Source: Leucoraja erinacea
Taxonomy: Eukaryota
Assembly: GCF_028641065.1 (NCBI RefSeq)
Contig: NC_073401.1
Coordinates: forward strand, 31,124,001-31,188,000
Direction: 5' to 3'
Length of the DNA: 64,000 bases
The position numbers and the translations under genes were made by a program. Shown one piece after another: positions 13,201 to 24,717 of the stretch. How positions within the stretch are numbered: the stretch's first letter is position 1; each line of letters begins with the position of its first letter. The notes beneath the pieces were generated by a model, which searched no databases, had not been told where the DNA came from, and saw only the letters and a list, made by a program, of their open reading frames with translations.

Positions 13201-16200
13201 TTGCCATTCCTCAGCTCACTTGCCCAGCTGGTCAAGATGCCGCTGTAAACTCTGATCGTCACGGTCTAGGATACCACCTATATTGGTATCATCTGCAAAC
13301 GTACTCGTCACGCCTTGCACATTGATGTAGATGACACACAGCAAAGAGCCCAGCACCGATCCCTGCTGCACACTACCAGTCTGAAAACCCACCACCCTCT
13401 GCCTCCTCGCTAATTCTGTTTTCAGTTTGCTAGCTCTCCTAGATCCCCTGCGATATAACTTTCAGAGCAGCCAACCATCAGTGCTTGCTGACACACAACC
13501 TTCCAGCCAGTTGAAACATTCCCCCTTTTTTCAATCTGTTAAAACACATAATAGTTTATTTCAGTCAGAAAAAAGGTTCTAATGAAACTGCTACTTGTGC
13601 AATAGAGGTGGTACATACTTCCCAGGCCATTTTGGATCTGTTCACCAACTCCGATGGTGTCGGCACAAGCTTCAGCTGTGAGTGGAATTACACAACGTGC
13701 ATCAAAATCTTGTAGGTAATCCACAGGTGCATTCGTCAAGCACTGCCCATTCAAAGATGTCTACGTGCAGACAAAATTAATGAGAGCTTTCTTCCCTCGC
13801 CAGGGAGTTGCAAAATCAGGCAGTCACATTTCATCATTTTCTCAATGTATTATTTTCCCTTTGACCGCACGTACAGTTCCAGTGACCCAGACGGCTACAT
13901 GTACGGGACCCGGCTACATGTACGGGGCCCAGCTACACGCGCGGGGCCCGGCTACACGCGCGGGGCCCGGCTACATGTACAGGGCCCAGCTACATGTACA
14001 GGACGTGGCTACATGTGCAGCAACACAAACGGCAGGTCCTGGAAACTCAGCCATTCAAGGCTCAGGACTTCCTGGATAGCACAGAAAAAAGACATCTACC
14101 GGTGCACTGTAGAAATATCCTGATTGGTTACATCACAGCTAGGTTTGGCAATTCCGATGTTCAGGACCACAGGAGGCTGTAGAGAGTGGTGGACTCAGCC
14201 CAGTCCATCATGGTGACAACCCTCCCCAGCATCTAAAGCATTTACATGAGGCACTGCTTCAAGAAGGTGGCATCAACCCTCCAGCCCACACCCTCTTCTC
14301 TCTCTATCATCAAGCATGAAGTACAGAAGCATAAAGACCCACACCAACAGGTGCAGGAACAGCTACTTTCCTATAACCATCATGCTCTTGAACCAACCTG
14401 CACAACCTAATCCTACTTCAGTAATGGAACATGACGGATCACCACTTGGACCAGAGGACCAGGTTACTAATTGGGTATTCATGCACAGTCTTGTAGAATT
14501 TTGTTTGCGTGTGAATCTGTGTGGAAGGTGGGATCAGATTAAGCATTTATGGCCATGTAATTTGTTGAGAAAAGATTGACATGTAAGAATGTTTCTTACA
14601 TAGAGAGGAACAAAGCATTGTCTAAAGGTGTACTATTCTATCTTAACAAGTTCATAAGTTATAGGAGTAGAATTAGGACATTTGGCCCATCAAGTCTCCG
14701 CCATTCAATCATGGCTGATCTCAACCCTATTCTCTGAGCCTTCTCCCCATAACCCCTGACACCCCTACTAATCAAGAATATGTCAATCTCTGCCTTCTAG
14801 ATTTTAGAAATTAAACAGTTTACACACTGCCTGGTGACACTTTTCATGCTGAATGTTACAAAATGTATGTTTGGCTACAGTATGTGATTCTAATCTGCCT
14901 CCCGTCTTTCTTGAAAATATTGTTGCAGATTCCCTGTCATTCCTACCTGTGGAATAATAAAAAGCTCATCATCACCTCTCACGATGGGATCTCCCTGGTG
15001 GTAGCCAACAGGAACGTTTACTGCTGCAGATTTGGCCACCCCAAAGGAAAGGTCTTGCGAAACATCACTGTGGAAAAGATGGTTAAATCCCATCAGGCAT
15101 CAACATTCATCACATAGCCCTGCAACATCCAAAGATAAATTGGTGCATTCTCCATAACATCACATATTTCAACATTTCACCATTAGCAAACAGAGACACA
15201 GAGAGACATAATATTGATGCGTGGGGAAAAGACCAAGTTGCATGAAGAGGAGTCACAAGTTGAAGGAAATGTCAGTGGTCTCAGTAGTTTGGACCACCCG
15301 AGACAACCTGGACCATCTGCGACAAATGGGCCACCTGGGACAACCTGGGCCGTCAGTGGCATAAATCTGATGCAAAATTATTTTCATAAATCTTTAACAA
15401 ATGCCTCGTGGACCATTCATCAATCACACCATCACCACCAACATTTCCTCCAACTTGTGACTCCTGAGAACGTTACCGAAGGACAGGGCGCGAATTGCCA
15501 AATGACATACAACATTTACATTGAGTAGCATTATTCTTGATTTCCTTGTAGCTTTTCCTGATATCAATTTGCTTCCCTTACAGTTTTAAGCTCAGTATTC
15601 AATTCCCTGCATACATTTTCATCAGCACTTTCTGGGAGAGAGCTTTAACTGCACAATTATGAATGGAACCATGATCTTCTGGAGGGAGCCCACAAGTTTT
15701 GTTCATTTGGCTGATAGACTGGAATAATCTTAGTTAGGATTTAGGGTTGGGGTAGAGGCAAGAGCCTTTTATGGATGCAATGTGGAATTGTTCACTGTAA
15801 ACTATTACATACCAAGGACAGGGCTTTAAAATCGCTCTATACACAGCATACAAACTTAAGGATCGTGCTTCTTTGGGCAAAGTAAACCAAGATTCAAGGC
15901 AAAGTGTAATTAAGATGATTTTTTTTAAACGATACTAAGGAGAAAATAACCAATAATACAGCAAATTTTAAAGATGATTAAAAGATACAGGTGCGTCAGC
16001 ATGTACAGAGAAAAGGCAAATTAATGATTTGTTTAACAAATTAACAAGCCATTTTATAGTTCCAATGGGATCTCTTAAGGCTTGGTTAGGTATCTGCCAA
16101 TTAAAATGTGTTGACCTGCACTTAGAAGTTAGGTGAAGATCAGAAACATTTAGCACTTCGTACAAATGCATCCTATTAACATTTGAAGTGCAGATAAATG

Positions 16201-19200
16201 TTCCAATATCAGTTCAAAGGTAAGATCAAGCATGGTTAAAATCTGAGGTGGAATAGAAAAGAGTTAAATCTCAAATACTCCATAATTATATAAAATGATT
16301 AAGGGATTGGACAGGCTAGATGCCGGAAAAATATTCCCATATTGGGGGAGTTCAGAACTAGGGGTCACAGTCAGATTAGGAAAAGGGGAGGTGCAACGAG
16401 ACCTGGGTGTGCTTGTACATTAGTCACTGAAAGTAAGCATGCAGGTACAACAGGCAGTGAAGAAAGCTAATGGCATGTTGGCCTTCATTGCGAGAGGATT
16501 TGAGTTTAAGAGCAAGGAGGTCCTACTGCAGTTGTACATGACCCTGGTGAGACCACACCTGGAGTATTGTGTATAATCCCGGTCTCCCAATTTCAGGAAG
16601 GACATTATTGCTATTGAGGGAGCGCAGCATACGTTCACCAAGTTAATTCCCGGGATGGCGGGACTGACACATGTTGAAAGAATGGGTCGAATGGGCTTGT
16701 ATTCATTGGAATTTAGAACGATGAGAGGGGATCTTATAGAAACATATATAATTTTTAAAGGATTGGACAGGCTAGATGCAGGAAAATGTTCCCGATGTTG
16801 GGGGAGTCCAGAACCAGGGGCCACAGTTTAAGAATATGGGGTAGGCCATTTGAGATGAGGAAAAACTTTTTCACCCAGAGTTGTGAATCTGTGGAATTCT
16901 CTGCTGCAGAAGGCAGTGGAGGCCAATTCACTGGATGTTTTCAAGAGAGTTAGATTTAGCTCTTAGGGCTAACGGAATCAAGGGATATGTGGAGAAAGCA
17001 GGAACGAGGTACTGATTTAGGATGATCAGCCATGATCCTATTGAATGACAGTGCTGGCTCGAAGGACCTAATGGCCTACTCCTAAACCTATTTTCTATGT
17101 TTCTAAAGCAACAAAAGAGAACCAAGACCAGTTTCCAAAAGTAATCCGACTATTAGCATGAAAGTTGCTCAGAACATTCATGTTACTGATTATAGGCTCG
17201 TTGTTTCCAGTTAAATAAACTTACACAGTATCGCCTTCAAAGAACAGCCCCAAATATGGCGAGTTCTTAAGAGAGGACTGCACACAAAGGAAGGGGAACC
17301 ATTCGGGAGCTGTGTGCAGATTCTGCATGGAGCAGAGATGGTCGTAGAGTGGGGACACCTGTCCTCCAAATACTCCTGTAAAGCAGTGGGAATGAAACAG
17401 CTGGATCATGTCAGCCGTGCATTCCTAGAAACAAAACCAATATTTACTTTAAAATGTATTTCTCAGAACAAGAGACAAGGAAAGCCAAAACAAAAAATCA
17501 TTAACACAGTTGTTGTGGCAGCAGTCAAGACAATCAAATCGTTTCCAGAATTGTAAACTGTAGATGCTGGAAATCTGCCATAAAAACAGAATATGCAGGG
17601 GATATTCTGGAGGTCAGACAGCAACTGTGAGAGAAACATTATCATCTCAGGTTAAAGATCCTTTTCATGGGAAAGAGAAAATAGTTTTAAGTTGATGATG
17701 TGGGAAAGGATGGTTTGGACAAAGGAAATAATGAGTGAGAGCAAGGGCAGTATCATTACTTTTTATGTACAAATGACAAAGATTACCACTGTCAGTGGGA
17801 TTCCAGCATGTTTTTTCTTGCTATTGAGGGAGTGCAGCGTAGGTTCACCAGGTTAATGTCCGGGATGGTGGGACTGACATATGATGAAAGAATGGGTTGG
17901 CTGGGCTTGTATTCGCTGGAATTTAGATGGATGAGAGAGGATCTTATAGAAACATATAAAATTATTCGAGGATTGGACAGGGTAGATGCAGGAAAAATGT
18001 TCCAGATGTTGGGGGAGTCCAGAACCAGGGGTCACAGTTTAAGTTGGCCATTTAGGACTGAGATGAGGGAAAAAAAATTTCACCCAGAGAGTTGTGAATC
18101 TGTGGAATTCTCCGCCACAGAAGGCAGTGGAGGCCAATTCACTGGATGTTTTCAAGAGAGAGTTAGATTTAATTCTTAGGGCTAAAGGAATAAAGGGATA
18201 TGGGGAAAAAGCAGGAACGGGTACGGATTTTGGATGATCAACCATGATTATATTAAATGGCTGTGCTGGCTCAAAGGGCTGAATGGCCTATCCCTGAACC
18301 TACTTTCTATGTTTCTATGGTTATCAAATGAAAACACATCAATGGGCCCCTAAATTTTTTCAAATGTCCCGAATCATTGACTGCAGAGACAAGTAATATG
18401 GGGATAAGCCACAGACCCAGTGACATACTTAGATTCTGCGGTATTTACATAAACATCAGTCATTTTACTAGTTCATAAAAAGCTAACTTTTGCAACAAAT
18501 TAGCAATGTACACCAGGTAACTTCATGTGTCATATGAAGCATACCTTATCACAGCAGCATCCCACATCACAAGCTCTTGCTGTTAGGTTGCATGGACAGG
18601 GGCCAAGCGGGTGGTATTTCTGTTTTGGAATGGGCATATTGTTTTCTATTGAAGCAAAAACAAAATAAATAATGACAATCAAAAACTGCAGTGACACTGA
18701 GCTCTTCAGAGTGGGATAGTCCCATAGTAGCTACATGAGTCCACATTAATCACAGTTATCTAAGGTAATCTCTAAACTAAATTAAACACTCAAATCCCAC
18801 AGGACTGTTGTAATTTGAGTTTTGCTCAATTTTACCAATTTACCGAGTATATTTTATTAATCTATTGCATCACACTTATCAACCCTCTGTCCTAAAATAC
18901 CAATAATAACTGCGAGACAATTTGTCTTTTAATTATACTAACTGAGTCACCAACATTTTGGTGAAAACAAAGTAGTCAGAATAACCCAGAATTTAGTGGT
19001 CAGCAATTGCTTGTCACAGCTTCAGTGCATCAAAGCACATTTGCAAGGTTACCGGAACATATCATAATGGTTTGGAGCAAACAATGGTCATTGTTCCCGG
19101 GTTAACTTCATCTCCTGGAAACAGCCAGCAGTAGAAACAAAGGCTGGCAGTGAGAATGGACTTTGCCACCGTCTCTGGGAATGTTGCCGACTGACCCGCT

Positions 19201-22200
19201 GCAGACTGCAGGAGTATGTGCTGAGGGGCGCACTGAAGCGCGGTGCAGCCAACGCCAAGGCTCGGTGGGGGAGGACCACAGTCTAGGGTCCTTTCGTTGC
19301 TGGACATGGGGGGCACGGTATGGTGGAGACGCCCCTCAAAATAAGGGAAGGTATCCCACGCCAGGGGGCCACATGAGCGGCACGCGTGGGGGACAGATTT
19401 GTGAAATTTGAAAAATGTATAGACTGTATTGAACAATTTGTATAGCCTCCAAAAATGTCGGATGAATTTTTCGCACGGTTCACGTATTGTATATATTTAT
19501 TACTTGAATAAAGTCTATTTTGAAAAAAAAAATCTAATTCACTAAACAAACTACAGAACAGATCGCATCCTAGTTAGGATAGATTTGTAGAAAAATATCT
19601 TCCACGCTGACCATCACTCACACATTGACTCTAAATCCTAGCGTATTCAATCCGTCCAGATTCCACCTTCACACTCGGGGCGATTTACAGCAACCGATTC
19701 ACCTGCAGACCCGCACATTTTTTCTGGTGGGGGAGTAAACTGGAGCACACAGAGAAAACCCACGTGGCCACAGGGAGAACAAGCAAAGGCCACTCAGGCA
19801 TTAGTGCAGGGTAAGATTGAACCCCACGGCTAGAGTTGTGAGGCACCAGCCCCACCACCACTGATGCCAGATTTCAATCAGACCAAGTCAGTCTTAATAA
19901 ATAGCAACAGTTCTGGAGAACGATCCCAATCAATACTGAGAAAGCAGTCCCTGGACCTCATCCAGCCTGTGCAGCACAGCACAGCCGCCTGCACACTGGA
20001 ACGACCAATATGCATTTTTATAGCACCTCTCACAAGCTCAGGAAATACCACAGATCACGGTAGCCAATGAAGTAGTTGTATTTCCACTCACCATTTATAA
20101 TCCCTTGGAATGTGGAGTTTACATATATTATAACTTGGACAAGTAGTGTCGCCAAAACATTGCCTTTTAAACAAGCAGTCACACGGAGTGTTTCAAGAAC
20201 ACACAGCGGTTCCCAGCAACAGTTAGTTTCATTCAATGCTTTTTCACAAAGTACCAGAGGTCTGTCCAGGGTCAGCTGCAGGTTCAGAGTTGACACGTCA
20301 AGCTGCAATAAAATCCATAAGAATTCAATTCAAAACACTGGCTGGGCATAGAACATATAATACATGACAGCTAAAAACTTGAATCATTTCAAAAAATATT
20401 TCAATTTACCCCACATTTGGAAATTCACATACAAAGCTTCACAAGATGCCTCACAAGATCATTCTTCAGTCTCTGGGTTAGTGTGGGTTAGATCCGTGGT
20501 TCCCAACCTTTTTTAGTTCATGGCCCCCTTGGTATGTTTAATTTTTCTGTGCCCCCCCCCCCCGACGTTATTAGCGGAAAAAAAGTAGCCCACTTCATTG
20601 AACCTGTGGCCCCCTAAATCCCAAAAATTTTCTGTGCCCCCCCCTGAAATACATATGGCCCCAGGTTGGGAATCAGTGGGTTAGATTTTTCCTGAGATGT
20701 GCACCAATTCATCATATGCTTCACCTAATGCTTAACTGCCAGGCCCAAACATCCCGAGGCCAGCTGCCACCCATTGCCCAGCAGTCTATGACCCCCCGGC
20801 TTGCTCATTACAAGGCACAGCTCCAGCCCAGCGACACCATTAATCTTTCCAGTGTCCATCACATTAACCACACTTTCACCTGCCCGTGAATTACTTCAAT
20901 CCTGGCCAACATTTCACCCATACTCAGTACCATCCTCTGCCTGTCCAGCTCCCTCCAATGTAATCAAAAACCAGCAAGAGCAAACACAGGCCACCAATGA
21001 AGCAGACTGTCAGGACACTGACATGGACCTTTCAATGCTAGAGCTCCAGCGACTTGGTTGAAAGCTACATAACAAAAGTACAGAAAAATGATACACAAGC
21101 ATGTTTTTATTAAGTACAAACCTCATCAACTGAACTAGTCAGTGCCCATTGACCAGTGCCATTTGTCTTCACACACGTGGACTGCAATAAATCTAAGAAA
21201 AGAAACCAAGCTTAACAAAATTCTGTTTTCTCATTTCAAAGAAAGCAGCTCTTATCTTTATTCTCTACAATCTATGAATCAGAGTGAATAAGCAATTATT
21301 AACATTAGAGTTAGAAAAGTGTCTTCAGTTAATGAACAGACATGAAGCAAGACAGTTATCTGGACTGGCTCGGATCACAGAGGAAACATTGCAGATTTCT
21401 CAGATTTTAAGGAACATTCTGGAATACTGACATATAAAATAATGGAGTAACAAAATAGATCAGGTGCTGGAATTCCAAAGTAGCAACAATAGACAATAGG
21501 TGCAGGAGTATACCATTCGGACCTTCAAGTCAGCACCGCCATTCATTGTGATCATGGCTGATCACCAGAATGCTGAAAATACCAAACAGGTCAGGCAGAA
21601 CCTGCAAAGAGGGGAAACAATTTACATTAAGCTGGAAAGAATCCTGTGATTTGTGAGGATGTTGCCATGTCTCAAGGGCCTGGAACCCAGGAAGCTGAAG
21701 GGTGATCTTATAGAGGTGCACAAAATAATGAGGGAAATTGATAAGGTAAATGCAGTAATTTATCCAGGGTAGGAGAATCAAAAACCATAGGACAGGTTTA
21801 CGGAGAGAGGGGAAAAAATTCATGGGAATCTGAGGGGCAACTTTTTCCACACAGAGAGTAGTGGGAGCTATTAGAGAAGGTAGTTGAGGCAGGGACTATC
21901 GAAAAAATGTAAAATACATTTGGACAGGTGCATGGTTAGGAAAGGCTTAGAGGGAGGTTACACAAAAAGCTGGAGAAACTCAGCGGGTGCAGCAGCATCT
22001 ATGGAGCGAAGGAATCCAGCATCTGCAGTTCCTTCTTAAACAAGGCTTAGAGGGATATTGGCCAAACACAGGCCAATGGGACTAACTTAGATGGGGCATC
22101 TTGGCCTGCATGGACAAGTTGGGCTGATCGGCCTACTTCTGTTCTGTTCTGATGCAAACTAGAAAGGCTGTTTGAAATGGTTGAATCCACTAATGATTCC

Positions 22201-24342
22201 CAAGAGCTATTATATGCTTCGTTGGAAAATGAAATGCTATTGCATGATTATGTTAGGCATTGTGTAGGAATGAACTGCAGATGCTGGTTTAAAGGCAGCA
22301 TCTCTGGATAGAAGGAATGGGTGATGTTTCGGGTTGATACCCTTCTTCAGACATTGCTGGATCTCCAAATGGGGTCATTTTTTTAAATTCTCAATTGGCA
22401 CAGAAATCGAATCCAATCGGCAAGTTTCGTACTAACTGAGCCTTAAGTACAACTTCTATTCGCCCAAGTCTTTAGTGAAACCAATGTACCCTATAAAAGA
22501 ATCAAGGAACTCATACCATCAGTAGCTGCCACTGTTTCTACACCGAGTTTAACAGCAGAACTGTTTACACCCACCAAGAAGAAATTTACTTCAGGGCCCG
22601 ATGCAACCAGGAAAGATGGCTGGAACTCTAAATTGAGAGTGAAATAATTACAGTTAGATCATAAGCTGTAAGGATCATGGAATCCTACAGAAAAAAGTTG
22701 TCATGAGTCCATCATAACAGAGGCAAATAAATCATTTTTCAAATCCAAGGATCAACACATACAACCTGGTGCCACATAAAGCTCATAAGTGAAAAGAGCA
22801 GAATTAGGCCATTCAGCCCATCTAGTCTACTCTGCCATTCAATCATGGCTTATCTATCTCTCCCTCCTAAACCCATTCTCCTGCTTTCTCCCCAGAACCC
22901 CTGACACCCGCACTAATCAAGAATCTATCACTGCTTAAAAACGTCCACTGACTTGGCTGCCACAGCCTTCTGTGGCAAAGAATTCCACAGATTCACCGCC
23001 CTATTGGGTTGGGAGATTGCAACCTTCACGTAGTCTGCCCTGTTTTGACAAATGCAATCGACCTGGTGTGCACAATCAAATAAAACAAGCTGGCCTACAA
23101 CTTTAGGATGTGCACACATTACCCGGATGTGGCGCCGACAGACAAGAAGCCGAAGCAAAGAAGTCGAAGCCAAAGAACCGAATGGAAACGAGGCCGAAAC
23201 GCCAATAAACCAAAAGAGTCCGAAGACGAAACGCCCTTTCGGTTAGTTTGCATTTAGGCGTCCCATCCTTTCGGTTAGTAGGCGTTTTGTCTTCGGACTC
23301 TTATGGTTTATTGTCGTTTCGGCCTCGTTTCCATTCCATTCTTTGGCTTCGACTTCTTTGCTTCGGCTACTGGTTCGTCGGCGCTATGTCCACACACGGT
23401 GCACGCCCTACGTATGAAGACCACCCTATGACTAAAATTCATCCTCATCTCCTTCTGAAAGGAACGTCCTTTAATTCTGAGGCTATACCCTCTAGTCCTA
23501 GACTCTCCCACTAGTGGAAACATCTTCTTCACATCCACTGTCCAAGCCTTTTACTATCCGGTACATTTCAATTAGGTCCCCCCTCATCTTTTTAAACTCC
23601 AGCGAGTACAGGCCCAGTGCCGACAAACGCTCATCATGGGTTAACCTACTAATTCCTGGGATCATTCTTGTAAACCTCCTCTGGACTCTCTCCAGAGCCA
23701 GCACATCCTTCCTCAGATATGGTGCCCAAAATTGCTCACAATATTCCAAATGCGGCCTGACCAGCGCCTTATAAAGCCTCAGCATTACATCCCTGTTTTT
23801 GTATACAAGCCCTCTCGAAATAAATGCTGGCATTGAGTTTGCTTCCTTGCTACCGATTCGACTTGCAGATTAACTTTTTGGGAATCCTGCCCCAACACTC
23901 ACAAGTCCCTTTGCACCTCTCATTTCTGAATTCTCTCCCAAATGACTTTCCCAAGGAGCTGAAATGTTTGGGCTAGACCAAGCTATCCTCCCAAACCCAC
24001 ACTCCCTCATCTATACACACCCCCCGTCACCCTCCCCTAGTCACAGTCCCAGCCCCCCCACCACCACCACCACCACCACCACCACCACCACCACCTCCAC
24101 ACCCAGTCTCCACTGCCCCAAACCCCGGTTCCAATGTCTCCATCCTAGCTCCCAGTCATCCCCGCCACCCGGTCTCACCCTCTGATCCACCCTCTACCCC
24201 CGTTCCCCCTATCTCTCTCTCTCTAGACGGGGCGGCGCGGCCCTTTGCCCCCATCCCCTCGCTCCCACTGACCGGGGTCGGCGGCGGCGGCGCGAGCCAC
24301 CAACCCGAAGCCGCAGCAGAGCAGCGCGGACACAGCGGCCAT
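1292..24342 (-). CDS. TCTN2: Tectonic-2, ciliary transition-zone protein (3'-partial; exons 1-16 in window)
   Basis: Phase-consistent exons on the minus strand: 24342-24273, 22627-22517, 21192-21122, 20302-20092, 18645-18545, 17424-17225, 15067-14947, 13760-13619, 12448-12329, 10673-10524, 10352-10269, 9337-9254, 7292-7175, 4723-4617, 2766-2610, 1435-1292 (1991 nt). Start has a gccgccATGG Kozak context and a signal-peptide-like N-terminus. Tectonic motifs: [70 protein letters not shown]. Remaining exons lie left of position 1. Confidence 0.93.
1973..2412 (+). mobile_element. Non-LTR retroelement fragment with (TTGACTC)n tail (Rex1/Babar- or L2-like 3' end)
   Basis: GC-rich body ending in AATGACAATTAAA followed by a tandem TTGACTC tail. 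Family assignment is uncertain. Confidence 0.5.
3048..3443. repeat. Perfect 197-bp direct tandem duplication of a decayed CR1 tail
   Basis: 3048-3244 is identical to 3245-3441. Confidence 0.9.
7551..7675 (-). mobile_element. RTE-like LINE extreme 3' end
   Basis: Minus-strand translation ...QELEDRDVW... followed by a (GAT)n/(GAAT)n microsatellite tail. Confidence 0.45.
7844..7977. repeat. Perfect inverted repeat, 65-bp arms with a 4-nt loop
   Basis: 7844-7908 is the exact reverse complement of 7913-7977; the loop is AAAC. Confidence 0.92.
11550..11748 (+). repeat. Three tandem 66-bp units derived from the Penelope-like terminus
   Basis: CCTATCCATGTTCTCC recurs at 11561, 11627 and 11693. Confidence 0.85.
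12800..13480 (-). mobile_element. Degenerate CR1 LINE ORF2 fragment
   Basis: Reverse-strand RT C-terminal signatures (CCCAAAACTGAACACAGTACTCCAAG, ATCATCTGCAAA, CCCAGCACCGATCCCTG). Confidence 0.65.
13892..14018. repeat. 19-bp minisatellite (CGGCTACATGTACGGGGCC)n, about 6-7 copies
   Basis: Direct inspection; lies in TCTN2 intron 7. Confidence 0.85.
14085..14410 (+). mobile_element. Rex1/Babar-like LINE fragment
   Basis: Degenerate YRCTVE.ILIGYITARFGN ... RCRNSYFP coding remnant. Confidence 0.65.
16285..17105 (+). mobile_element. CR1/HER1 LINE 3' portion
   Basis: [40 protein letters not shown].. RT tail plus 3'UTR. Confidence 0.9.
17817..18318 (+). mobile_element. CR1/HER1 LINE 3' portion
   Basis: [31 protein letters not shown] plus 3'UTR and TTTCTATG tail. 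Confidence 0.9.
19170..19531 (+). mobile_element. L1/Tx1-like LINE 3' end with poly(A)
   Basis: ECCRLTRCRLQEYVLRGALKRGAANAKARWGRTTV* followed by AATAAA and an A tail at about 19523-19532. Confidence 0.6.
19640..19865 (-). mobile_element. Degenerate V-SINE (HE1-like)
   Basis: Reverse complement of the V-domain (GAAAACCCACGTGGCCACAGGGAGAAC) with a tRNA-like head. Confidence 0.55.
20494..20678. mobile_element. hAT (Charlie-like) MITE with 8-bp TSD
   Basis: TIRs CCGTGGTTCCCAACC / GGTTGGGAATCAGTG. TSD GGTTAGAT at 20486-20493 and 20679-20686. Confidence 0.85.
21650..22150 (+). mobile_element. CR1 LINE 3' fragment interrupted by a Penelope-derived insertion (21956-22041)
   Basis: GDLIEV..FFHTE tail. 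The insert is flanked by the 14-bp direct repeat AAGGCTTAGAGGGA. Confidence 0.7.
22782..23940 (-). mobile_element. CR1 LINE 3' portion with nested insertions (about 23003-23420)
   Basis: ORF 23498-23833 reads [58 protein letters not shown]. The CR1 sequence resumes on both sides of the insert. Confidence 0.88.
23125..23391. mobile_element. Fold-back MITE with about 110-bp imperfect TIRs built of CGAA/TTCG subrepeats
   Basis: 23125-23235 is the approximate reverse complement of 23281-23391. Confidence 0.8.
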
Positions 24343-24376
24343 GGCGGCCCCGCACCCTGCACCTACACGCCCGCCC

Positions 24377-24442
24377 ATTGGCCAGCGCCAGCTCGCCACC
24401 AATCAGCGCGCTCCGTGGATGGCGGCCCGTTGCCATGGCGCC
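24377..24442. promoter_or_regulatory. TCTN2 proximal promoter: RFX X-box plus two CCAAT boxes in a CpG island
   Basis: GTTGCCATGGCGCC at 24429-24442 matches 12/14 of GTTGCCATGGCAAC. ATTGG at 24377-24381 and CCAAT at 24399-24403. All lie 35-100 nt upstream of the TCTN2 ATG. Confidence 0.65.
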
Positions 24443-24459
24443 GTCAGCATGAGTCTGGT

Positions 24460-24717
24460 AGTGAGGGAGCGCCGCGCTGTGGGAGGGGGGGAGGGAGAGT
24501 GAGGGAGCGCCGCGCTGTGGGGGGAGGGAGGGGGAGGGGGTGGGGTGAGGGCGCGCGGGCTGTGGGGGGGGGGAGGGGGAGGGGGCTGGGTGAGGGAGCG
24601 CCGCCCTGTGGGAGGGGGAGGGGCTGGGGTGAGGGAGCGCCGGGCTGTGGGGGGAGGGGGGGGGGGGGGCTGGGGTGAGGGAGCGCCGCGCTGTGGGAGG
24701 GGGGGGGGAGGGAGCGC
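24460..24717. repeat. G-rich minisatellite (GTGAGGGAGCGCCGCGCTGTGGG + G runs), about 6 copies
   Basis: Direct inspection; immediately upstream of the TCTN2 promoter. Confidence 0.8.
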
